Shown one piece after another: positions 19,255 through 29,431 of a DNA stretch of 64,000 bases. Where the stretch lies: the NCBI GenBank assembly GCA_001661245.1, contig KV454016.1, positions 928,268 through 992,267 on the forward strand, read 5' to 3'. The position numbers were made by a program, and so were the translations under genes. Source of the DNA: Pachysolen tannophilus NRRL Y-2460 (taxonomy: Eukaryota). Below the pieces are notes generated by a model, which had not been told where the DNA came from, did no database searches, and saw nothing but the letters and a program-made list of their open reading frames with translations. Position 1 is the stretch's first letter; each line of letters begins with the position of its first letter.

Positions 19255-21663
19255 TTAAACAACTCTATATAATAATATTAAAAGAAGCCACCCAACAATA
19301 GTGGATAAAAGGTTAAACCAAAGAAGATAAGCTCCCCATCCAAAACGAACTATAGCAATTCCAGTATTATGACCAACTATAGAAAGCTTATAGATATATT
19401 CGAATTCAGTAGCAGATATTAAAAAGCAAAGAACTAAAACTGTAAATTCAAAAATTAATAAAATACCTAAATGTTTTTTCAAATTTTTACTGGTATTGAA
19501 AAATTTTAAATTACTAAAACAATTCAGTAAAAATAAGATTGTCATATAAATTGAATTAAAAATTGAAATTCCAAATTGTACAAGGGTAAGCATTGGTAAT
19601 ATGACTCCAATTTTATTTAATAATCTTGCTTGATTTAATAATTGTAAAGTTGCTCTATTCGAATTAGAATTATCATTTCTAATTTCATTAGCAGAGGCAA
19701 AGTTTGATAATCCAACTTGATAAGCCACTGCAAAAGAATCACCCATATCTCCATAATTTTCTTGTTTTGAAATTTTTGCCAATTGTATACCAGCATCTCT
19801 AATTAATGTTGATAATATATCTAAACCATTATGACTTTTACTACAAAAAGTAGCACCATTTAAAAGATTTTCTCGACAATAACCTAAAAAATTTAAATTA
19901 TAAATATTCTCAACAGAAAATGTATCAATTGTATTTAAATAATCATCAGAAGTTAAATAATTTCCTTGATTACCCAAGATAATTTTTTTCTTATTCAGAT
20001 TATTATTCATACTTATTTCTAAATCTCCATTGGAATTTTGTATTGGTGTTCCTAAATCAATAGCAATATAAGAAACAACTTTTAATAAATCTCTTGCAGA
20101 TGATAATGCAGCTTCAGCTTCTGATGATGAATCATCTAATTGAACTGTTAATTGTGGGAAACAAAATCCATTACTTGAACGACATGTAGGAGCAAAAATC
20201 AGTAATTTTAAAGGAATTAAATATAATACTAATAATAATAAAAAACTGATAAAAAAAAATTTCTTACCACTTTTTTTCTTCTTTTTAGAAATCTCCATCT
20301 TCAGAAGTTGAGCTTGTATTTCTGAACCTTCCAATTTATCATTAAGATAAGAATTTGAATCCTTAACATTACTCATTCCAATATTACTTGCTGCTGAAAC
20401 AAATGGAGACAGTAAAGTAGTTAAAGCCGTTGGTGTTGGTGTACTTTTTTCACTTTTACCAAAAGCACTTGTTGGTGAATTCTTAGTTATTTGTAACTTT
20501 TCTAAAGAAGGATTGAGAAGATTGTTGTTACTGTTAATGGTCTTTGCAGACCAACTGTTATTTCTATGAGCTCTTCCAAAAATACTAGACTGTCTTGGAT
20601 CAAACCCTTCTTGGAATGCTCCTCCTCCTCCTCCTCCTCCAGCTCCTACTGCTCCACCATTTACTGCTCCACCACCATTGATATTAATGACAGTACCACC
20701 AACTCCGCCAGCACCACCGGCACCAGCAGCGCCAGTATCACTAGCACCACTGCCATCATCATAATCTTCATTGTTATTATTCAGATTATTTCCAAGGTTC
20801 ATATTGCCATTATTATATATGGATCTAAACCTTGATTTTGCTAATAACGACACAGGTTTTTGAAATGGATTTGGTGTATTCAGAAAACTATCTGGTGAAT
20901 TCTTGGAAGAATTATAAAAATTTTGGGTAGGTAATCTGTTAAGTATATTTGAATTGAAAAAAGGTGAATCGCTTCGATTAGGACTATCTCCAACAATTAA
21001 ACCTGAATAATTCAAATAATCTCTGTTAAAATCACCAAATTCATTTGATGAAGGATCAGAATCAACCACTTTATTAATATATTTATCATCACTACTATTA
21101 GTGTTCACCTTATTAGGAATTCCATTGTCATTAGTGTTGGAATTCAGAGATAACAGATTATTTGACAAATTTGAAGAAGGTGTGTTTTCCTGTTGGTAAG
21201 GAAAAGATCTTTGATTTTTCAAATTTGATTTTGGTCCATCATCTTGAATCCTATCAGCTCTACCTTCTGGATGTGTTAAAGCAGACATATATGTAGTCCT
21301 ATAATCTGAAATTGCTGGTGAACCAGTTGTAGCAGTTTCAATATCCCCTTTATTATCTTCAGAATACTCCGGAGGAGATGAAGCTGAACTTGCTGCTATT
21401 TTTGATAAGGGGGATAATTCATCTAATTTATATTGTGATCCTAAATTATTATTACCACCATTACTGTTCTTGCGACTGTGGATATTATTATTATGATATT
21501 TACTGCGATTGTTTAGGCCAATTCCAAAATCTTCTTCCACTAGCTCATTTATGGTACCTCGTCTTTGATGCTTCAAGATATTATTTGCAAACCCATTTTT
21601 ATTATTTCCTGATTGCGAATTAAAAGGGTTATAGTCTTCTCCTGGTTTTATATAGTTGAACAT
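19255..21663 (-). CDS. SMA2: Spore membrane assembly protein Sma2 with about 455-aa low-complexity N-terminal extension
   Basis: The C-terminal part (TCRSSNGFCFPQLTV...SARDLLKVVSYIAIDLG...IDTF...LNFLGYC) matches recalled Sma2. Syntenic with ORC1/TEM1 (YML066C/065W/064C). Confidence 0.85.
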   Translation of the reverse strand: MFNYIKPGEDYNPFNSQSGNNKNGFANNILKHQRRGTINELVEEDFGIGLNNRSKYHNNNIHSRKNSNGGNNNLGSQYKLDELSPLSKIAASSASSPPEYSEDNKGDIETATTGSPAISDYRTTYMSALTHPEGRADRIQDDGPKSNLKNQRSFPYQQENTPSSNLSNNLLSLNSNTNDNGIPNKVNTNSSDDKYINKVVDSDPSSNEFGDFNRDYLNYSGLIVGDSPNRSDSPFFNSNILNRLPTQNFYNSSKNSPDSFLNTPNPFQKPVSLLAKSRFRSIYNNGNMNLGNNLNNNNEDYDDGSGASDTGAAGAGGAGGVGGTVININGGGAVNGGAVGAGGGGGGGAFQEGFDPRQSSIFGRAHRNNSWSAKTINSNNNLLNPSLEKLQITKNSPTSAFGKSEKSTPTPTALTTLLSPFVSAASNIGMSNVKDSNSYLNDKLEGSEIQAQLLKMEISKKKKKSGKKFFFISFLLLLVLYLIPLKLLIFAPTCRSSNGFCFPQLTVQLDDSSSEAEAALSSARDLLKVVSYIAIDLGTPIQNSNGDLEISMNNNLNKKKIILGNQGNYLTSDDYLNTIDTFSVENIYNLNFLGYCRENLLNGATFCSKSHNGLDILSTLIRDAGIQLAKISKQENYGDMGDSFAVAYQVGLSNFASANEIRNDNSNSNRATLQLLNQARLLNKIGVILPMLTLVQFGISIFNSIYMTILFLLNCFSNLKFFNTSKNLKKHLGILLIFEFTVLVLCFLISATEFEYIYKLSIVGHNTGIAIVRFGWGAYLLWFNLLSTIVGWLLLILLYRVV

Positions 21664-22013
21664 TTTTATTTTAAAAGTAAACTCTTAAGAGAATTATCGT
21701 TATTTGTCAGCTAAGAATTATTCAGTTACAAAGACTATGCCTGTACTGGAACATACTATTCTTCCTTTTTGCTTCAGGTGTCTTATATTTGCTGAAACTA
21801 AACTAAGGTGATAAAACTCAAAAGAAAAAAAAAAATTAAAAAACAAAGAAAAAAACAACACAAGTTAGCAAGATAAAAACTTAGCAACCAAGTAATGGTA
21901 TTTTTTAATACAAAATCAGCAGAAATATTAAAAGAAAATAAAACTAAAAATGCCCTAACCCATATTTCTTTTTTTCGATTCACCTATAACTCCTTGAATA
22001 CCTCTACTTTTGC

Positions 22014-22034
22014 ATTTGTGGAATCAACACAAAA
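22014..22034. promoter_or_regulatory. Two opposed Ndt80 middle-sporulation-element cores upstream of SMA2
   Basis: ATTTGTG (22014-22020) and CACAAAA (22028-22034) match CRCAAAW. SMA2 is a mid-sporulation gene in S. cerevisiae. Confidence 0.5.
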
Positions 22035-22152
22035 GTTTTATTAACGATGCTTTAAATAATTGAGCCGCGTGCGTGAAAAGTATGTATGAATATGTATGGA
22101 AGAAAAAAAAAACTAAAAAATAATAATAATACCATAATTGGTAATTGGAGAG

Positions 22153-23775
22153 CTATTGAGGTTGAGGACTTTTAAAGATACTGTTATCTCTATGCATCAC
22201 GAACTTGTGGTCTTCGGTTAAAAATACATCTCCTGTTATGTAGTCATTTTCGTTAAACCTCAATAGAGCTCTATCTCTTTTGATATGGTCACTGTTATAT
22301 CTTGAATTTGATTTTTTACTGTGTCGACTACCGCTGCCAAATATGGAACCACCATTTGCGGTACTACTTCTACTTATAAAATTATCCTTTCTGTTGCTTC
22401 CAGCACCACTACCACTCCTTGGAATTATTGAGTCTTTACGTCTATAGTCAGCAGACAGGAGTGGATCTGAGCTAAATGTGTTATTAGTGTACGATTTTTT
22501 AATAGTTGCCCCTTCATCTTTTTGTAGTATATCTTTTGAAGCTGATGGAGAGTCTAGTAATTGTTCTCCTGTAATGTATTTGCTATTTTTATTTATATCG
22601 TTATCATCATCAAAGAAATCGTGATAGTGATTGGTTTCGTATACTTCTTCAATGGGTGAATCTTCCAGGCCGTAATCATCAAAAATATTAACTTTTTGAA
22701 CTTCTGCTTCTTTTTTATAGTTATCGGCATAATAACGTTCAGGATGCATTGTGGTACCGATGTAATCATCATCTCCATCAAAGCTATCATTCGGATCAAT
22801 TGTCTTATTAGGTGTACCACACCATATTGGAATACCCCAAAGAGACGCGTTAATAAGAGCTATAACAACTTCAAACCATGCAAGAGTGAACCAAGCAGTT
22901 CCAAAATGAGAAGATATACCAAAATTTCCTAGTTCACTTTTAACATCCGCTCTAATGTCTGATGAAAGAGTAGTCATTATCGAAATAGCTATTGCTACTG
23001 TGAAAAATGTAACTGTTGATAAAATTGCCAATATTTGTCTTATAGCTATCGGAGCTCGATTATCATCTTTATAATATCCCCTTGAACCATACATAAATAG
23101 GGCTAAAATCATAATACAAAATTGCGTTACAGAGGCAAAATATAACAATCTTGGTGTTGTTTTTGTCCATTCTCTTCTTCTGTCCAATTTTGCTAAATAT
23201 GTAGGATCTGGAACATAATCATCATCGCTAGATAAACTACTTATGGAACTATCATCATAAGCATATGCTAATATAATATCTAATCCAACTGTTTTCAATT
23301 CTCCCCTATAATCAAATACATAATTTGTATCCCGACCAGTACAATATTCGGTATTTGCAGTCTTATCAGGCGTTGAATCTTCACCTGTTAAATTATAATT
23401 ACCAAAACACCAATTATAAATATTGGATTTAATATATTGTGGACAATTTTGAACTTGTTCCTCGGTATAACTTGATAATAAATCGATTTCTGATGCCGTT
23501 AAACCAGGACCATAATCTTCTGATAATGAGTGGGTATTAGAATCAACATGATTTCGCAACACATCAAATAACCCATCAGCAACATCCACATGAAAAAAAT
23601 CCAACCTATTAACATATAATCCTTTCTTCTGGAGAGTTCCTCCCAATATTATTATTGTAAATATTACAACCAACAAACTGGTTGCTAATCTGGTAATAAG
23701 TAATGCTCTCGCCCTAGTCGTTAAATTTAAAAAAGGTTTTGATAATATAAACGTTATCTGACCTATTTGAACCAT
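22153..23775 (-). CDS. ECM7: Ecm7, claudin-superfamily regulator of high-affinity Ca2+ influx
   Basis: The N-terminus KPFLNLT...RLATSLL...LYVNRLD..ADGLFDVLR matches recalled Ecm7. Divergent from ORC1/SIR3, as YLR443W is. Confidence 0.88.
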   Translation of the reverse strand: MVQIGQITFILSKPFLNLTTRARALLITRLATSLLVVIFTIIILGGTLQKKGLYVNRLDFFHVDVADGLFDVLRNHVDSNTHSLSEDYGPGLTASEIDLLSSYTEEQVQNCPQYIKSNIYNWCFGNYNLTGEDSTPDKTANTEYCTGRDTNYVFDYRGELKTVGLDIILAYAYDDSSISSLSSDDDYVPDPTYLAKLDRRREWTKTTPRLLYFASVTQFCIMILALFMYGSRGYYKDDNRAPIAIRQILAILSTVTFFTVAIAISIMTTLSSDIRADVKSELGNFGISSHFGTAWFTLAWFEVVIALINASLWGIPIWCGTPNKTIDPNDSFDGDDDYIGTTMHPERYYADNYKKEAEVQKVNIFDDYGLEDSPIEEVYETNHYHDFFDDDNDINKNSKYITGEQLLDSPSASKDILQKDEGATIKKSYTNNTFSSDPLLSADYRRKDSIIPRSGSGAGSNRKDNFISRSSTANGGSIFGSGSRHSKKSNSRYNSDHIKRDRALLRFNENDYITGDVFLTEDHKFVMHRDNSIFKSPQPQ

Positions 23776-24055
23776 CTTTACTTTAAAATAACTATGAAAC
23801 CATTATTAGAACAGGCAATAACCCGCTCAATAACTTATAATATCGTCGTTGACTTGTTTATTTGTCAAGTTTTATTGAATTGTCTTTTTAATTTATTTCT
23901 TTTTTTAAATTTTTATATTTTTATATTTTTCTATCTTTTTCTTTTTTCCCTTATAATTTTAAGAAAATGAAGTAAATATATAAATAATAAGTAGATCTAT
24001 ATAAAAATACATTGAAATACATTGGAATTCGCCCATTTCAATCGAGGTAGGAAGG

Positions 24056-26380
24056 ATGTCTAAGAGCCAGAATCAGTTTAAAGGATGGCAATATATCTTG
24101 GATCTGCCGGAGACCAAAGAGGGAGGAGAACGAAGAGCGTTGAGGCGTAATGCGGAAGATGTGAAGTTGATTTTGAAAAGAGATGAAGATGGTCTTGAAT
24201 TGAAAAATGGTGATTGTATATTGGTGAACCAGGAGAATGATGTTCCAGATATAGCTTATATTAAGGAGATACGATTTGGGACGGATGATTTTCTTGAGAT
24301 TAGAATCATGTGGTTTATTAGAATAAAAGATGTTGAGATTGAAGATTTAGCAAAATATGGTGAATCTAAAGATCTGATAAATGGAAATGAAGTTTTCATA
24401 ACGGCGGTTCAGGATAAGGTTTACATTGATGAGATTATTGACAAATGTAAGGTATTGTCGTTGAATGATTTTAACTCTATAACTATTGATGAATCAAATA
24501 TGGATAACACTTTTGTATGTAAAAGAGCGTGTGATGGTCCAGCTGAAGTATTTACTGAGATTATAGATTGGCTGGATTTACATGGTAAATCTATAACCAA
24601 TTCCGATGAATTTTTACAAATCATAAGGCTGATGACAGTTGCTCCTACTTTGAAAATAAGAGCTTCTTCGTCATTGAAGCAACAGAAACAGAAAAAAGCT
24701 GAACCAGTTAAACAAAAAGCTGAAAAGGGAAAACAGGAAACGGGTAATTCAAAAATTATCACCGTGTATCAAAGTGATTCAGAAAATGATAATTCAGAAA
24801 ATGATGTTGATGATGATGATGAGGAAGAAGAGGAGGAATTTTATTCGGGAGATGAATCTGATTTGGATTTTAAAAAAACCAAAAAAATAAAACCTTCAAC
24901 AAAATCTTTAACCAAAAAAACAAGGAAAACGCCTTGGAGGAAGAAGAATAGGAAAACCCCTAAAACTAAGAGAATTACTAGTACTACTGATCTTCCAAGT
25001 TTACCTAAAAGAAGATTGAATTTAAATTTCAGTAGTGACGAAGATGATGAAAGCCATGCTGATGATAATAAACGATTATTTAAAAAGGCTAAAAGAAGAT
25101 TACATTTGAGCACGCGACTAAACTCACTTCCATGTCGCGAGAATGAATTCAAAGAAATTTATACGAACCTAGAAGAAGCTATTAATTCAGAAGTTGGAAC
25201 TTGTATATATATCAGTGGTACACCTGGCACTGGGAAGACTGCAACTGTGCGTGAAGTTGTTAAGCAATTAGCTAATGAGTATAATGACAACGGAGATGAG
25301 AATGATGATGATGATGATAAGTTTGATTATTTAGAAATTAACGGCTTAAAATTATTGACGCCGCTGTCTGCATATGAAGTCTTATGGGAAAAGATTTCTG
25401 GACAAAGAATATCAGCTGTAAATGCAGCTTTGTTGTTGGAAGATTATTTCCAGAAAAATGGGAAAAATAGAAAACCTTTAGTCATATTAATGGATGAATT
25501 GGATCAGATTGTTACTAGAAATCAAGCTGTTATGTATAATTTTTTCAATTGGCCTAGCTATTCTACATCAAAACTTGTGGTAATTGCAGTTGCAAATACG
25601 ATGGATTTACCTGAAAGAATGTTATCTAATAAGATATCTAGTAGATTAGGTTTAACAAGAATTCAGTTTCCAGGTTATAATTTCAAAGAATTAACAACAA
25701 TTATTACCCATAGGTTGCAAAATTTAGAGAAATTAAACCAGGGAAAATTGATTATCAGACAAGATGCAATTGAAATAGCTGCACGTAAAGTTGCTAGTGT
25801 GAGTGGTGATGCAAGAAGGGCCTTAACGATATGTCGACGGGCTGTTGAGCTTGCAGAATGGAATTATTATAATGAAAGGAAAAAAGCACAAGATGAAGAA
25901 GATGAAGAAGAAGATAAACGTGTTTATACAGTTCAAATTCAGCACATTATGAAGGCTGTTAACGAAACAACGAATTCACCAATTGCTCAATATTTGAATG
26001 CACTTTCAACAGTTTCTAAGGTATTTTTGATTTGTTTGCTATTGAGAAAGAAAAGATCAGGATTACTGGAAAATTCTATGGGTGATGTTATAGATGAGAT
26101 TAATAATAATTTGATAAGGTTACAAAGTAATTCGAAGTTAAATAAAGATTTGAAACTGAATAACTTAGATCTTGTTAGATTGTTTTTTGGTAAAGATGGG
26201 AAGGATTTAAGGATTCAAGGTTTCAATTTTGTTGTTCAAGAATTAGTTGAAAGTGGTATATTGTTACAACAAAATGTGAGAGCAGAAAGATTAGGTCTTT
26301 TAAAGTTGAATATTAGTGATGATGAAGTTGTTAATGTTTTCAAAAAAGATGATTATTTAAAAGGATTACTTATTTTTTGA
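24056..26380 (+). CDS. ORC1: Origin recognition complex subunit 1
   Basis: N-terminal BAH domain and AAA+ motifs LPCRENEF, ISGTPGTGKT, LMDELD, VANTMDLPER, SGDARRAL. Confidence 0.97.
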   Translation: MSKSQNQFKGWQYILDLPETKEGGERRALRRNAEDVKLILKRDEDGLELKNGDCILVNQENDVPDIAYIKEIRFGTDDFLEIRIMWFIRIKDVEIEDLAKYGESKDLINGNEVFITAVQDKVYIDEIIDKCKVLSLNDFNSITIDESNMDNTFVCKRACDGPAEVFTEIIDWLDLHGKSITNSDEFLQIIRLMTVAPTLKIRASSSLKQQKQKKAEPVKQKAEKGKQETGNSKIITVYQSDSENDNSENDVDDDDEEEEEEFYSGDESDLDFKKTKKIKPSTKSLTKKTRKTPWRKKNRKTPKTKRITSTTDLPSLPKRRLNLNFSSDEDDESHADDNKRLFKKAKRRLHLSTRLNSLPCRENEFKEIYTNLEEAINSEVGTCIYISGTPGTGKTATVREVVKQLANEYNDNGDENDDDDDKFDYLEINGLKLLTPLSAYEVLWEKISGQRISAVNAALLLEDYFQKNGKNRKPLVILMDELDQIVTRNQAVMYNFFNWPSYSTSKLVVIAVANTMDLPERMLSNKISSRLGLTRIQFPGYNFKELTTIITHRLQNLEKLNQGKLIIRQDAIEIAARKVASVSGDARRALTICRRAVELAEWNYYNERKKAQDEEDEEEDKRVYTVQIQHIMKAVNETTNSPIAQYLNALSTVSKVFLICLLLRKKRSGLLENSMGDVIDEINNNLIRLQSNSKLNKDLKLNNLDLVRLFFGKDGKDLRIQGFNFVVQELVESGILLQQNVRAERLGLLKLNISDDEVVNVFKKDDYLKGLLIF

Positions 26381-26571
26381 AAATTTTGATTATAAAAATA
26401 AAGAAATAAAATAAAATAAAATAAAAGAAACTATAGACGTAATATATCTCCCTCCACATGACCAATAATAATAATAAAAAAATAGAATAAAATAGTACAG
26501 ACAACAGCAAATGAACAAAAAAAAAAAAAAATAAAGTGTAATGCAAAACACTATATGAGTAGAGGAAAAAG

Positions 26572-27312
26572 CTAGTTTTCTTGATAGACCAATATTGGTT
26601 CACCCATATTTGTTATTTCAGGTATATTTAATTTCAAATCAAAAGCTTTACTCAAGATAATTTTAAAAATTTTTTGTACATTTATAGAATGACTTGTTGA
26701 ACAAAAAATCAAAGAACTTTTCATCAGTTTTGCAAATTTTTTCAGTTGACCTGTAATTTCATCTTGATCTTCAACTGAAAGTTCTATAAATTCATCATAT
26801 TTCGTCCCAACTAAAAATGGAATTGCAGTTTTATTAAAACCTCTTGCCTGTCTATACCATTCTTTTATAGAATTTAAAGTTGATTTTCTTGTTAAATCAA
26901 ATAAAAATAGTATAGCAACAGCATCTGATGAAACTAAAGGAAGCATATTTACAAATTCTCTTTGTCCACCAAGATCCCATAATGAGAATGTAATCTCTGT
27001 ACTTCTTATATTTATTGTCTTTTCCATAAAATTCACACCTAGAGTTTGAACATAATCTTCGTCAAAACAGCCTTCCACGTATTTAACCATAAGTGAAGTC
27101 TTTCCCACTTGCGCGTCCCCAATAAGACCGATCTTCAATGCAACTTGATTTTTAGATTCTTGTTGGTTCTGGTGCTGGTGCAGCAGCAGCAGCTGCTGCT
27201 GCTGATTTTGGTGTTGGTTCTGGATCTGACTCTGGTGCTGATGTTGACGGCGGGCACCGCTATTACTGCTATGACCGAGCAATTCATTAGGTGGTTGAGT
27301 CTGGGTTTCCAT
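26572..27312 (-). CDS. TEM1: Mitotic exit network GTPase Tem1/Spg1
   Basis: [48 protein letters not shown]. Confidence 0.97.
   Translation of the reverse strand: METQTQPPNELLGHSSNSGARRQHQHQSQIQNQHQNQQQQLLLLHQHQNQQESKNQVALKIGLIGDAQVGKTSLMVKYVEGCFDEDYVQTLGVNFMEKTINIRSTEITFSLWDLGGQREFVNMLPLVSSDAVAILFLFDLTRKSTLNSIKEWYRQARGFNKTAIPFLVGTKYDEFIELSVEDQDEITGQLKKFAKLMKSSLIFCSTSHSINVQKIFKIILSKAFDLKLNIPEITNMGEPILVYQEN
27181..27204. repeat. Perfect 24-bp palindrome (CAG)4(CTG)4 within TEM1
   Basis: CAGCAGCAGCAGCTGCTGCTGCTG read directly. Confidence 0.95.
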
Positions 27313-27757
27313 AATTATTGTTTGCCTTGTCTATGTATAAAAAAATAAAAAAAACAACACACACACACACACACACTTTTACTTTTTTTTCTTTCAAGCC
27401 CAGCCCAGCCCAGCAACAACTTATAAAGCAAAATAAAGCAAACACAAAAAACAAAAGCAACAAGTTCAAAGTATATTTATACCAATTCAGTCGTCACCAA
27501 TTATATTAATTGTTAAACTTCTTTTCTCTCTTATTTAAAGTGATTTTCTAGTTATTGAAGAAAATATTTAGTTTTATTATTAGTATTCGTGAAGAGACAG
27601 AAAATGTAAACAAAACTTCGCACACGACTTTTTTAGGGGCTTTTTCTATTGTTTGACTTCCGCATTAAGTTATACTCCCAGATTGGAGAAAGATTACTGT
27701 TTCAATGCATTTTAACTTTTGGACACACTACCTTTGCTTTTGATTTTTTTTTGTTTT

Positions 27758-27798
27758 TTAGGGCTATTACGCCTAAGTTTTATATACATCCGCACACC
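27758..27798. promoter_or_regulatory. Tbf1-like dyad and adjacent Rap1-like box in the RPS1/TEM1 promoter
   Basis: TTAGGGCTATTACGCCTAA (27758-27776) and ACATCCGCACACC (27786-27798). Confidence 0.55.
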
Positions 27799-28322
27799 TC
27801 CAGTGTTTCCCTTTATGGAAAGCGCAGTCACTCATTCATTTTTTTTTATTTTTTTTTTATTTTTTGCTAGACTTGAAAAAAAAATGTGATAAATGACAGA
27901 CTACTAATACACAATTAGTATACGGGCAAAAATAAGTATCATACCCAAGAGTAATGGGATGTCCTAGCAAAGTTTTTTTCTCGATTTCTATGACTTACAG
28001 CACAACAAAAGCTTTATTGTGTACTATGAGTACTGGTGAATCTGGGATTTTTCACTTGTTCAAGAGCTCACACGACTTTTTTTGTTATTTTTTTTTTTTT
28101 TTTTTTTAAATTTTTCATTTTTTCAATTTTTCAATTTTTCAATTTTTCAATTTTTCATCGAGTTTGTAGTAGAGAGAATAGTACTATTGTCTGTCTAACT
28201 TTCTTGTAAACTTTTTTAAAAATTTTTTTTTTTTTGAATAAAAAAATTTTTTTTTTAATCTTTTTGTTCATTTGTTTCCTTTAGTATTTTGTTGAAAGAG
28301 ATAAAGTAAAAGTACATTAACC

Positions 28323-29093
28323 ATGGCTGTCGGTAAGAACAAGAGACTTTCCAAGGGTAAGAAAGGTATTAAGAAGAGAGTTGTAGACCCTTTTACTAGA
28401 AAAGATTGGTTTGATATTAAGGCTCCATCAACTTTTGAAAATAGAAATGTTGGTAAGACTTTAATCAACAGATCCACTGGTTTAAAAAATGCTGCTGATG
28501 GTTTAAAAGGTCGTATTGTTGAAGTTTGTTTAGCTGACTTACAAGGTTCTGAAGATCATTCTTATAAAAAAATTAAATTAAGAGTTGATGAAGTTCAAGG
28601 TAAAAATTTATTAACTAATTTCCATGGATTTGATTTTACTTCAGATAAAATAAGATCTTTAGTTAGAAAATGGCAATCATTAGTTGAATGTAATGTTACT
28701 GTTAAAACTTCTGATGATTACGTTTTAAGAGTTTTCGCTATTGCTTTTACTAAAAGACAAAGTAATCAAGTTAAAAAAACTACTTATGCTCAAACTTCTC
28801 AATTACGTTCAATTAGAAAGAAGATGACTGAAATTATGCAAAGAGAAGTTTCAAATTCAACTTTAGCTCAGTTAACTACTAAATTAATTCCAGAAGTTAT
28901 TGGTCGTGAAATGGAAAAGGCTACTCAATCAATTTATCCTTTACAAAATGTTCACATTAGAAAAGTTAAATTATTAAAACAACCAAAATTCGATTTAGGT
29001 TCATTATTAGCTTTACATGGTGAAGGTTCTAGTGAAGAAAAGGGTAAAAAAGTTTCAACTGGTTTTAAAGACGTTGTTTTAGAAACTGTTTAA
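28323..29093 (+). CDS. RPS1: 40S ribosomal protein eS1
   Basis: [15 protein letters not shown]... is nearly identical to fungal Rps1, with strong codon bias. Confidence 0.99.
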   Translation: MAVGKNKRLSKGKKGIKKRVVDPFTRKDWFDIKAPSTFENRNVGKTLINRSTGLKNAADGLKGRIVEVCLADLQGSEDHSYKKIKLRVDEVQGKNLLTNFHGFDFTSDKIRSLVRKWQSLVECNVTVKTSDDYVLRVFAIAFTKRQSNQVKKTTYAQTSQLRSIRKKMTEIMQREVSNSTLAQLTTKLIPEVIGREMEKATQSIYPLQNVHIRKVKLLKQPKFDLGSLLALHGEGSSEEKGKKVSTGFKDVVLETV

Positions 29094-29431
29094 ATAGCTA
29101 GAAAACAAACACTATAAAATAAAATAAAATAAAAATATAGAATAATTAATAAAATATCATATAATTTTCTTTATATATACATATATATATATAAAAAAAC
29201 AAAAGTTTACTTCTATTTCTTTTTGTTTTCTCTTTTAAAAGATTAGATTGAAATTTTAATAAAATAAAAAATAAAAAAATTTTGTATATTTATTAACAAA
29301 AATACAAAAGTAAACATAACTTTAAGAAACTATTTTTTCATCTTGTTATGTTAATTTTAACTTATTATATTAAAAAAGAGTAAAGAAAGAAAAAAAAAAC
29401 AACAGCAAAAGCAACTATTTTAATTTATCTT

